A stretch of 64,000 nt of DNA, from positions 355 through 64,354 of the forward strand of contig DAONEP010000008.1 in NCBI GenBank assembly GCA_035403165.1, read 5' to 3'. Positions 34,381 to 42,769 of the stretch are shown piece by piece. A program made the translations under genes and the position numbers. Below the pieces are notes generated by a model that was not told the DNA's origin, searched no databases, and saw only the letters and a program-made list of their open reading frames with translations. Source of the stretch: Bacteroidales bacterium. GTDB taxonomy: Bacteria; Bacteroidota; Bacteroidia; Bacteroidales; UBA4417. Positions within the stretch are counted from its first letter, which is position 1. Every line of letters begins with the position of its first letter.

Positions 34381-35844
34381 ATGCACATGAATGAAAAGAT
34401 AACAAATTTACGCTCCGAAAAGGATTCCCTGGGTTCCCTTGAGGTTCCTGCAGATGCCCTTTACGGTATCCATTCACTTCGGGCAATCTCAAACTTTCCC
34501 GATGATACCCGATTCCCTCCGGAATGGTATAAAGCTGTCGGTTTGGTTAAACAGGCTTGCTATCTTACCTACCAGAAATTTAAAACAGCCGTCCGGTCGA
34601 AGTACCCCGATGCTGTCTTTAATTTCCCGCTGATCGATGACAGCGTAATCAAGGCTATGACCGAGGCTGCCTCCGAAGTGGCTGCCGGCGGGTATTCAGG
34701 ACAGTTCATAGTTCCTGCTATCAGCGGAGGGGCAGGTACAAGCATCAACATGAATGTAAATGAGATCATTGCCAATGCAGCTTTGATCAAACTGGGCCAT
34801 AAACCCGGCGATTATTCTGTCGTTCATCCTATCGAATCCGCCAACATTTTCCAATCGACCAACGATGTAATTCCAACTTCCCTGAAAATAGCCATAATGC
34901 AGTTGCTCGATGAACTCGAAAACAGCATCAATATGCTCAGGCAGTCGGTTGAAGCATTGGAAGGAGAGTACCGTAATGAGTTGCGCATTGCCTATACACA
35001 GATGCAGGAAGCGGTGCCGTCGTCATACGGGAAGCTTTTCAGTACATACAGCGAGGCGCTTTCCCGTGACTGGTGGCGTGTTTCAAAATGCTTTGAAAGG
35101 ATTAAAATCATTAACCTTGGAGGAAGCGCTATCGGGACCGGGATAACTGTACCGCAATTTTTTATCATGGAGGTTGTGCCTGTTCTTCAGCAACTCACGG
35201 GATTGCCTGTGGCCCGTGGAGAAAATTTGCCCGATGCTACCAACAACCTGGATTCTTTCGTTGAAGTTCATGCGATTTTGAAATCCTTTGCCGTCAATAT
35301 CGAGAAGATAGTTTCGGACCTCAGGCTGTTAGCATCGGATGTCGGAGCCGCCGAAGTGATCATCCCGCCCAGGCAGGTTGGAAGCAGCATCATGCCCGGC
35401 AAAATAAACCCGGTGATCCCTGAATTTGCCATAAGCGTAGCGCATAAGATTTACAGCAATGACATGCTGATCAGTTCGTTAAGCGCCCAGGGGTGTCTTG
35501 ATCTTAATGCCTACATTCCCGTTATCGGCAACGCGATGATCGAAAGCCTGAAATTATTGATTGGAGTCAGCAGGACATTACGCGAAAATTTCTTTGAAGG
35601 GCTTGCCGTAAGGAAAGGAACCGCTGCAACAAGACTTTTTTACAGCCCTTCGATAACCACGGCGCTCGTGCCTTACATCGGTTATGACCGGTCGGCTGAA
35701 CTTGCCAGGCTGATGAAAGAAAAGTCCATTAGTATTGTTGACGCCAACAAGCAGTTGAACATTGTAAGCAAAGAGATACTGGAGCGCGCCCTGAAACCAG
35801 AAAATCTGTTAAAAACCGGTTATTCACTAAATGATATACTCTGA
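34381..35844 (+). CDS. aspartate ammonia-lyase-like class II fumarase/aspartase family lyase
   Basis: 487 aa. The N-terminus is SEKDSLGSLEVPADALYGIHSLRAISNF, and the SS-loop signature GSSIMPGKINPVIPE is present. Confidence 0.75.
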   Translation: MHMNEKITNLRSEKDSLGSLEVPADALYGIHSLRAISNFPDDTRFPPEWYKAVGLVKQACYLTYQKFKTAVRSKYPDAVFNFPLIDDSVIKAMTEAASEVAAGGYSGQFIVPAISGGAGTSINMNVNEIIANAALIKLGHKPGDYSVVHPIESANIFQSTNDVIPTSLKIAIMQLLDELENSINMLRQSVEALEGEYRNELRIAYTQMQEAVPSSYGKLFSTYSEALSRDWWRVSKCFERIKIINLGGSAIGTGITVPQFFIMEVVPVLQQLTGLPVARGENLPDATNNLDSFVEVHAILKSFAVNIEKIVSDLRLLASDVGAAEVIIPPRQVGSSIMPGKINPVIPEFAISVAHKIYSNDMLISSLSAQGCLDLNAYIPVIGNAMIESLKLLIGVSRTLRENFFEGLAVRKGTAATRLFYSPSITTALVPYIGYDRSAELARLMKEKSISIVDANKQLNIVSKEILERALKPENLLKTGYSLNDIL

Positions 35845-35865
35845 AGCAACTCAACACCCCCACTC

Positions 35866-37092
35866 ATGAAATCTAAAACACTTCGCGGTCATATTGGTAT
35901 ATTTGGCCGCCGGAATAATGGGAAAAGCTCCCTCATCAATGCCATCACCGGGCAGGATGTGGCTATAGTTTCGGATATTGCCGGGACAACCACCGATCCG
36001 GTGCGGAAAACAATTGAGATTACCGGCCTGGGGCCGGTAGTACTTATCGACACGGCCGGAATTGACGATATCGGATTGCTGGGGGAAAAACGTGTCGCCA
36101 AAACCAGGGAGGTACTTAAAACCATCGACCTGGCAATTCTCATCATCACGCATAATACCTTCGGCGCATTTGAGAAGGAACTGGTAAGCGAATTCAAAGA
36201 ATTTGACGTGCCGTTCTTCATTGTTCACAATAAAGCGGATATTGCTCCGATATATTCTGAAACGCAACGGCTGATCAGGACTTCGTTGAGTACGGATGTT
36301 CTTGATTTCAGTTCCACCAGCAATCCTCAGGTTGAAAGGCTGATCAGCCTGATCAGGAAGCATTTACCGGAATCATCCCTAAATCAGAATACCCTGATCG
36401 GCGACCTGATTGCATATGGCGATACAGTATTGCTGGTTACCCCCATAGATATTGAAGCGCCCGAAGGCCGGCTCATCCTGCCACAGGTACAGGTAATCCG
36501 CGATATACTTGATAATGATGGAATTGCCGTGGTTTGTAAGGAGCGCGAAGTGGATGCATACATCCGTAAGATGGATCCCAAACCGAGCCTGGTAATTACC
36601 GACAGCCAGGTTTTTCCCAAAGCTGACGCCTCTATCCCGAAATATATTCCGCTCACAAGCTTCAGTATTGTGCTGGCCCGTCAGAAAGGCGATTTTCCGA
36701 ATTATCTGAAAGGTACCCCGCATATCTCCAAACTTAAGGATGGCGACAAGGTCCTGATACTGGAATCGTGCAGCCATCATGTGTCGTGCGATGATATCGG
36801 CCGGGTTAAAATTCCGCGCTGGCTGAGTAATTTTACCGGCAAAAAGCTCGAATACACGGTTGTGGCGGGTCTTAATGAGTTGCCGGCTGCGATCAAAGAT
36901 TATGCTATCGTGATACAATGCGGGGGGTGCATGATAACGCGAAAGCAACTGATAAACCGGCTGAAGCCGGCCGTTGACGCAGGTATCCCGGTTACCAACT
37001 ACGGAATGGCTATTGCTTATGTCCACGGCATTTACAACCGTGCTGTTGCGCCATTCGTACGAATGATGAATGTTTCTGAAGATTACCTTTGA
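35866..37092 (+). CDS. hydF: [FeFe]-hydrogenase H-cluster maturation GTPase HydF
   Basis: 408 aa. P-loop GRRNNGKSSLINAITG, DIAGTTTDPV and DTAGIDD. The central PIDIEAPEGRLILPQVQVIRD and the C-terminal cluster-binding region ESCSHH...DIGRVKIPRW...IQCGGCM...NYG align closely by eye with Thermotoga HydF. Confidence 0.85.
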   Translation: MKSKTLRGHIGIFGRRNNGKSSLINAITGQDVAIVSDIAGTTTDPVRKTIEITGLGPVVLIDTAGIDDIGLLGEKRVAKTREVLKTIDLAILIITHNTFGAFEKELVSEFKEFDVPFFIVHNKADIAPIYSETQRLIRTSLSTDVLDFSSTSNPQVERLISLIRKHLPESSLNQNTLIGDLIAYGDTVLLVTPIDIEAPEGRLILPQVQVIRDILDNDGIAVVCKEREVDAYIRKMDPKPSLVITDSQVFPKADASIPKYIPLTSFSIVLARQKGDFPNYLKGTPHISKLKDGDKVLILESCSHHVSCDDIGRVKIPRWLSNFTGKKLEYTVVAGLNELPAAIKDYAIVIQCGGCMITRKQLINRLKPAVDAGIPVTNYGMAIAYVHGIYNRAVAPFVRMMNVSEDYL

Positions 37093-37292
37093 TTTTTATA
37101 CCTTCAGGCTTCACCCTATCTGTTTCCGTACATCCGGATGACATGGGGCTGTTGTTGGGTATCCGGCTAAATTTAACCGGCAGGGATCCAAATTACTTTA
37201 TACTTTTGCCGGACACGCAGGCAGGTATTCCCGCACCGGTCGTATGCCGGCAACATGCAGACGTTGGCCTTCAATCTTAAACCTTGTTTCCT

Positions 37293-37736
37293 ATGAAACC
37301 CGAAGTCTCCCATCAGGGCAGGATCGTTGAAATGGACGATCAGAAGATCAGTGTGCAGATCATCTCGTTGTCGGCTTGCGCCACATGCAGGGCCAAGGGG
37401 ATGTGTTCGGCCTCAGATATGACCGAAAAACTGATTGAAGTAAAAAATGAGCACAAATATGTTTTTCACCAGGGCGATCATGTGAATCTTGTCATGAAAC
37501 AATCTATGGGCAACAAGGCAGTAATCCTCGGGTATTTTTTGCCCTTTGTTTTACTCTTAATAACCCTGCTGATCTCTTCACAGTATACCGGAGAACTATA
37601 TGCCGGGCTGCTCTCGCTTGGCATTCTCGTGCCTTATTATATACTATTATACCTGCTCAGGGGACGGTTGAGCAAATCGTTTAATTTCAAAATTGAGCCG
37701 CTTAACGCCGAAACAGGCGAAGAAAGTAAATCCTGA
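37293..37736 (+). CDS. RseC/MucC family (SoxR-reducing system RseC-like) membrane protein
   Basis: It has the N-terminal GRIVEMDDQKISVQIISLSACATCRAKGMCS cysteine motif followed by two TM helices, which is the characteristic RseC architecture. Confidence 0.65.
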   Translation: MKPEVSHQGRIVEMDDQKISVQIISLSACATCRAKGMCSASDMTEKLIEVKNEHKYVFHQGDHVNLVMKQSMGNKAVILGYFLPFVLLLITLLISSQYTGELYAGLLSLGILVPYYILLYLLRGRLSKSFNFKIEPLNAETGEESKS

Positions 37737-37949
37737 TACAGGATTGTTCATCCGGATGTTTCATACACATTTTACCGGCGGATAAAATGCCGGCATGGCA
37801 ACAGGCACCGGATGGATTTTATACCGGGCAAAGTGCTTGTGAAAATTGTCTAATTAAAAGGTTATCAATGCGTTAAATTGAAATGTTACGTGATAGCTCC
37901 CGATAAAATATTTATTTTGTTAAAAAGTATTTTCGCTCAAAATTAATTC

Positions 37950-37957
37950 TAATTTTG
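37950..37957 (+). promoter_or_regulatory. Bacteroidota-type -7 promoter box about 600 nt upstream of exbB
   Basis: TAATTTTG is a perfect TAnnTTTG, lying 28 nt upstream of the ATG at 37985. Confidence 0.4.
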
Positions 37958-37984
37958 CCGCGTTTTTCTCGAAAGCGGTTCGAA

Positions 37985-38404
37985 ATGAGAAGGAAATGTA
38001 CCTTGGGTATGAGAATGCTGTTGATAAGTCTTTTCTTATTGGCAGGGTATTCTGATTCCAGGCCTTCTTTCATTCAAAACCTGGCTGAGAGGGTGCAGGT
38101 TTCTCAAACCAGAAATTCTTCAGGTGACCTGGCTCAATCAACAATGATTGTTGACCAGATGACCCCCGAAGGGACATCAGGCTCTTTTGCGGAAGTACCC
38201 GTTGTGGTTACCTGCATTCTTCCCGAGTACAAGTCGGACACACGCAGTGAAACAAAATACAGGAATTTATCAAATTTCTTTGTCAGCAATATTCAAAGCT
38301 TACCGATATGCGGTTTTAATAAAGACCAAAAATCCAAAGGCTTTACTGAAATTCCTTCAGCTCATGCCATCAGCGGCAGTCTGAGCTATTCTCTCAGGGT
38401 CTGA
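37985..38404 (+). CDS. hypothetical small protein (139 aa), weakly supported
   Basis: The ORF follows a consensus -7 box, and the N-terminus MRRKCTLGMRMLLISLFLLAG is signal-like. No family was recognised and composition is unremarkable. It could instead be a non-coding leader. Confidence 0.3.
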   Translation: MRRKCTLGMRMLLISLFLLAGYSDSRPSFIQNLAERVQVSQTRNSSGDLAQSTMIVDQMTPEGTSGSFAEVPVVVTCILPEYKSDTRSETKYRNLSNFFVSNIQSLPICGFNKDQKSKGFTEIPSAHAISGSLSYSLRV

Positions 38405-38553
38405 GATTGATCCCATCCTTCAGGTTTTATTTACAGTAAATGAACAGATGTTCTTCAGGAACGTGTGCATGTTGTGCGCCACGTCCGATGCGCACAATGT
38501 CTTGATAGCGTATAATTTACAAAAATCACACCAATAGAAAAATCACCATCAAA

Positions 38554-39366
38554 ATGAAAAAAAATCGTAGATCCAAAAGCCGTAAGTTCAACTTGGGTTT
38601 CGCCACTTTTGTAATCCCTGTTGCGTTAATCGTAGCAATAGTAATCTTTAAGTTCATCATGGGCAATCCCGCAAATTTCCAGGGAAATGACCCGGCAAAT
38701 GCTGCTTTGCCCGGCAATTTTTACGGAATCATCTATAAGGGAGGTTTTATTGTTCCTATCCTGATGACCCTTCTGCTTACAGTCATAACGTTTGTAATTG
38801 AACGCTTCATTGCCATCAATAAAGCGACAGGGACTGGCAACGTTGCCGATTTTGTACAGATCGTAAAGGATGATCTGAAGAAAAATGAAATTGACGGGGC
38901 CATGACTGAATGTGATGTTCAGAAAGGATCGGTAGCCAATGTTATCAAAACAGTATTGCTGAGATATCGTACACTTGAAAAGGACACGACGATGGCAAAG
39001 GACCAGAAACTCTCGGCATTGCAGAGTGAAGTTGAAGAATCAACGTCGCTGGAATTGCCTGCTCTTGAAGAAAACCTTGTATTTCTGGCCGTTATCACTT
39101 CTCTCGGGACCCTCATGGGATTGCTGGGTACCGTGCTTGGAATGATTAGGGCTTTTGCCGCTCTTGCCAACGCCGGGGCTCCCGACTCGGTAGCGCTCGC
39201 ACAAGGTATCTCGGAAGCGCTGGTGAATACCGCTTTTGGTATTGGTACTGCAGCTTTCGCCCTTATATTCTATAACTTCTTCACAACGAAGATTGACAAA
39301 CTGACTTATAGCATTGATGAAGCCGGATTCAGCCTGGTTCAGACCTATGCTGCAAACCATGCTTAG
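38554..39366 (+). CDS. exbB: MotA/TolQ/ExbB proton-channel family protein
   Basis: 270 aa with three TM segments and the C-terminal LGLLGTVLGMIRAF...ISEALVNTAFGI motif typical of ExbB/TolQ. ExbD and TonB genes follow. Confidence 0.85.
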   Translation: MKKNRRSKSRKFNLGFATFVIPVALIVAIVIFKFIMGNPANFQGNDPANAALPGNFYGIIYKGGFIVPILMTLLLTVITFVIERFIAINKATGTGNVADFVQIVKDDLKKNEIDGAMTECDVQKGSVANVIKTVLLRYRTLEKDTTMAKDQKLSALQSEVEESTSLELPALEENLVFLAVITSLGTLMGLLGTVLGMIRAFAALANAGAPDSVALAQGISEALVNTAFGIGTAAFALIFYNFFTTKIDKLTYSIDEAGFSLVQTYAANHA

Positions 39367-39393
39367 TCTTAAAAGTAACTAAAGATAAGCTAG

Positions 39394-40002
39394 ATGCCTA
39401 AAGCAAAAATAAAGCGAAAAAGCACGGTGGTCGATATGACCGCCATGTGTGATGTTGCGTTTCTGTTGCTGACTTTCTTTATGCTTACTTCAAATTTTGT
39501 AAAGAAAGAACCGGTGCTGGTATCAACGCCTTCGTCGGTTTCAGAGATCAAGATCCCGGAAACAAACGTGATGACAATACTCATCGATAAAACCGGGAAA
39601 GTGTACTTTGGAATTGACGGGCAGGAAAACAGACAACTTCTCATCGAGAAGATGGCAGAAACCTACAAGGTGAATCTTACTCCTGAAGAAATTAAGTGCT
39701 ATACCGTGTTAGACCTTGTGGGTAACCCGATGCAAGCATTAAAGACTTACTTATCATTAAAGCCCGAAGTGAGGGACCTGCCCCAGAATAACCTGGGTAT
39801 ACCGGCTGATTCCACCAATAATGAGTTCAAGGATTGGGTGAAAGCAGCCCGCGAAATCAATCCCGATTTACGGTTGGCAATCAAAGCCGATGAAACCACC
39901 CCTTATCCTGTTATCAGAAAGGTTATGACCAGCCTCCAGGAGTTGGATGAGAACCGCTACAATCTGATCACAAGGCTTGAAGGGGCTCCCGGGAAAGAAT
40001 AA
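39394..40002 (+). CDS. exbD: biopolymer transporter ExbD/TolR family protein
   Basis: The N-terminus VDMTAMCDVAFLLLTFFM is the ExbD TM motif. Confidence 0.8.
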   Translation: MPKAKIKRKSTVVDMTAMCDVAFLLLTFFMLTSNFVKKEPVLVSTPSSVSEIKIPETNVMTILIDKTGKVYFGIDGQENRQLLIEKMAETYKVNLTPEEIKCYTVLDLVGNPMQALKTYLSLKPEVRDLPQNNLGIPADSTNNEFKDWVKAAREINPDLRLAIKADETTPYPVIRKVMTSLQELDENRYNLITRLEGAPGKE

Positions 40003-40027
40003 ATTTAACGTGTAAATAGGTAATATC

Positions 40028-40663
40028 ATGGCAGAATTAAATCAAGATGCCGGTTCACATAAAAAAGGCGGTAAGAAAAGATCCAAGAAAATGAATCCCC
40101 GGGTAGACCTCACCCCGATGGTTGACCTTGGATTCCTCCTTATTACTTTTTTTATGCTTGCAACCTCCCTCATAAAACCACAAACGATGGAAATCACCAT
40201 GCCGTCGGATAAGAAGGTAGACGAAGAAGACAAAACAGTAGCGAAAGCTTCTCAGGCTATTTCTTTGATACTGGCAAAAGATAATGTCGTTTATTATTAT
40301 TTCGGGAAAACCGAAGGGGCCAAATTGTTGAAAACCGATTATTCGGCCAATGGCCTCCGTAAAATCCTCCTCGGGAAAAACTATGATGTTGCTAAACAGG
40401 TGGAAGACCTTAAAAGTGAGAAAACGAAAACGCATATGAATGATGATGATTATCAGAAGCGGCTTTCAGAAATCAAGGCCAACAAAAATGCGCCTGTTGT
40501 CCGGATTATGGCTACTGATGATGCTAACTACAAGAATCTGGTCGATGCGCTTGATGAAATGAATATTTGCAGCATCAGCAGGTATGCAGTCGTAAATATA
40601 GAAGCCCCGGATCAGGACCTTTTAAAGGCTCAGGTCCCTGGTAACCAATTGTCAAAGAATTAA
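40028..40663 (+). CDS. exbD: biopolymer transporter ExbD/TolR family protein (second paralog)
   Basis: VDLTPMVDLGFLLITFFM is the ExbD TM motif. Confidence 0.8.
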   Translation: MAELNQDAGSHKKGGKKRSKKMNPRVDLTPMVDLGFLLITFFMLATSLIKPQTMEITMPSDKKVDEEDKTVAKASQAISLILAKDNVVYYYFGKTEGAKLLKTDYSANGLRKILLGKNYDVAKQVEDLKSEKTKTHMNDDDYQKRLSEIKANKNAPVVRIMATDDANYKNLVDALDEMNICSISRYAVVNIEAPDQDLLKAQVPGNQLSKN

Positions 40664-40674
40664 ACAGAACCATC

Positions 40675-41502
40675 ATGGCAAAAATCAATATATTTTCTGA
40701 CGATTGGTGTAATCTGGTTTTCGAATCAAGGCCAAAGGAATATGGCGCTTATCTTATGCGGTCGCTTTCTTCAAAGCGCCACCGTATTGCTATCATAACG
40801 ACTATCATTCTGTTCCTGCTTGTATTTACTCTCCCCGGGCTCATAAAACGCATTATTCCGGCTGAAAAGGAAACCAATGTCGAGGTAACCACCTTGTCGA
40901 ACATCAAGTTGGAGAAAAGTAAAACAAAAGAGATCGAACAGCCGAAAATTGAGCAGGAACTTCCTCAAAAGGTGAAAAGCACCATTAAATTTACCCCGCC
41001 GGTAATCAAAGACGATGCTGAGGTAAAAGATGAAGAAGTCATGAAGACGCAGGAGGAAGTCTCCGAATCGAAACTGTCAATTTCCACCGCGGATGTGAAA
41101 GGAAACAGCCAGGATGCCGATGCCGTAGATCTTGCTGATTTACAACAACAGCAAACTCAGGTTGTTGAAGAGGAAGAGGAGGAGAAGCCGTTTATCGTTG
41201 TTGAACAAATCCCTGAATTTCCGGGAGGTGTATCGAGTATGAATAAATTTCTCAAGGATAATATCAGGTATCCTCAAATCGCCAGAGAAAGCGGCATTAC
41301 CGGAACCGTTTTCACAACTTTTGTCGTAAGTAAAACCGGAAAAATTTCGGATGTAAAAATATTGCGTGGCATTGGCGGTGGGTGTGATGAAGAAGCCATC
41401 AGGGTTATCAAAGCCATGCCGGCCTGGATCCCGGGCAAACAAAACGGGAGAGCTGTTCCTGTCCAGTTTAACCTTCCTATCAAGTTCACGCTCGCAGGTT
41501 AA
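40675..41502 (+). CDS. tonB: energy transducer TonB
   Basis: It has an N-terminal TM anchor, an acidic/charged linker and the C-terminal TonB domain EQIPEFPGGVSSMNKFLKDNIRYPQIARESGITGTVFTTFVVSKTGKISDVKILRG...PGKQNGRAVPVQFNLPIKF. Confidence 0.85.
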   Translation: MAKINIFSDDWCNLVFESRPKEYGAYLMRSLSSKRHRIAIITTIILFLLVFTLPGLIKRIIPAEKETNVEVTTLSNIKLEKSKTKEIEQPKIEQELPQKVKSTIKFTPPVIKDDAEVKDEEVMKTQEEVSESKLSISTADVKGNSQDADAVDLADLQQQQTQVVEEEEEEKPFIVVEQIPEFPGGVSSMNKFLKDNIRYPQIARESGITGTVFTTFVVSKTGKISDVKILRGIGGGCDEEAIRVIKAMPAWIPGKQNGRAVPVQFNLPIKFTLAG

Positions 41503-41552
41503 AACGGTGTTGGCCCTTATATTACCGTCCCAATGATAACAACCCGTATAGG

Positions 41553-41768
41553 ATGAAAATAATAAAATACAGTATATCCATAATCTACGTCGTTATGGGC
41601 CTGTTTCTTCTCTTCAGGGGATGGTTTATGCTTTCACCGCGTCTTAACCACGGACTGGGAATCCTCATCTTGGTCTATGGGGTTTTCCGGGCTTACCGGG
41701 TTTATAAGGAATATACTGTGAATAACAATCCGGGTAACATCAATGATAACGAATTAACTGAGCAATGA
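41553..41768 (+). CDS. small membrane protein (71 aa, two TM helices)
   Basis: Hydrophobic ORF whose stop overlaps the next gene's start (ATGA at 41765). Confidence 0.5.
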   Translation: MKIIKYSISIIYVVMGLFLLFRGWFMLSPRLNHGLGILILVYGVFRAYRVYKEYTVNNNPGNINDNELTEQ

Positions 41769-42709
41769 AATATTCGTTCATCGCATTAACCATCCTGCTG
41801 TTGCTGACCGCGACAGGCTGCAAACCGAAAAAGGCGAAAGATAAATATACGGACACCCCGACTACAGGACAGATCACGATAGCTGTTGATGAAACATTTC
41901 AACCGGTTATCGAGCCTGAACTCCCTGTTTTTCATGCCATGTACAAGGGGGCTAGTATAAAAGCCGCCTATGTGCCGGAGGTAGATGCGATTAACATGTT
42001 GTTGAGGGATAGCGTAAGACTGGCCATTGTATCGCGGCCCCTTTCGGCTAAGGAAATAAATTTCTTCCATAGTAAGAAATTCTTCCCGCACGAAGTGCAA
42101 CTGGCTGTCGACGGTATTGCCGTGCTGGTGAACCCATCAAATCCCGACACACTTTTCTCGGTAAATACTATCCGAAAAATCCTGCTTTCGGAAATTACTT
42201 CGTGGAAGCAACTAAACAGGAAATCGCCGCTGGGGAAAATAAAAGTCCTGTTCGACAATCCGAATTCAAGTATTGTCCGTTTCATGGTCGATTCAGTTAC
42301 CAGGACAGGACAACTTGGCGATCAGCTCTCAGCCTTGCAGTATAACCTGGATGTAGTGGATTATGTTTCAAAAAATCCGGATGCGATCGGGCTTATCGGG
42401 GTAAGTTGGGTGAGCAACAGTCGCGACCCTAAATGCCTTTCATTTCTCCAAAAAGTGAAAGTGGCGGGTATTTCGTCCGAAGACCCGGCTTTGCCTGAAA
42501 CTTCTTATCAGCCGTTTCAGGCATACATTGCAACCGGGAAATATCCTTTTACCCGTTTTGTTTATGCCCTCCTCACAGAACCCCGCGCCGGACTGGGTTC
42601 AGGGTTTGTTTCCTTTGTTTCATGCGACAAAGGACAGCGTATCATTCAAAAAACGGGAGTATTGCCTATTACCCAGCCGGTAAGAATCGTACATGTAGTA
42701 GAAGAATAA
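41765..42709 (+). CDS. PstS-family (PBP-like) phosphate-binding-protein-like lipoprotein
   Basis: It has the lipobox LLLTATGC and a type 2 periplasmic-binding fold pattern (ITIAVDETFQP..., DGIAVLVNPSNP..., AIGLIGVSW). No pstCAB genes are adjacent. Confidence 0.65.
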   Translation: MKYSFIALTILLLLTATGCKPKKAKDKYTDTPTTGQITIAVDETFQPVIEPELPVFHAMYKGASIKAAYVPEVDAINMLLRDSVRLAIVSRPLSAKEINFFHSKKFFPHEVQLAVDGIAVLVNPSNPDTLFSVNTIRKILLSEITSWKQLNRKSPLGKIKVLFDNPNSSIVRFMVDSVTRTGQLGDQLSALQYNLDVVDYVSKNPDAIGLIGVSWVSNSRDPKCLSFLQKVKVAGISSEDPALPETSYQPFQAYIATGKYPFTRFVYALLTEPRAGLGSGFVSFVSCDKGQRIIQKTGVLPITQPVRIVHVVEE

Positions 42710-42769
42710 ATTCATCGGAAGGCAATCGGAGATGGAAGTAAATAAATACTCATTTAGATCAGAAGCAAT

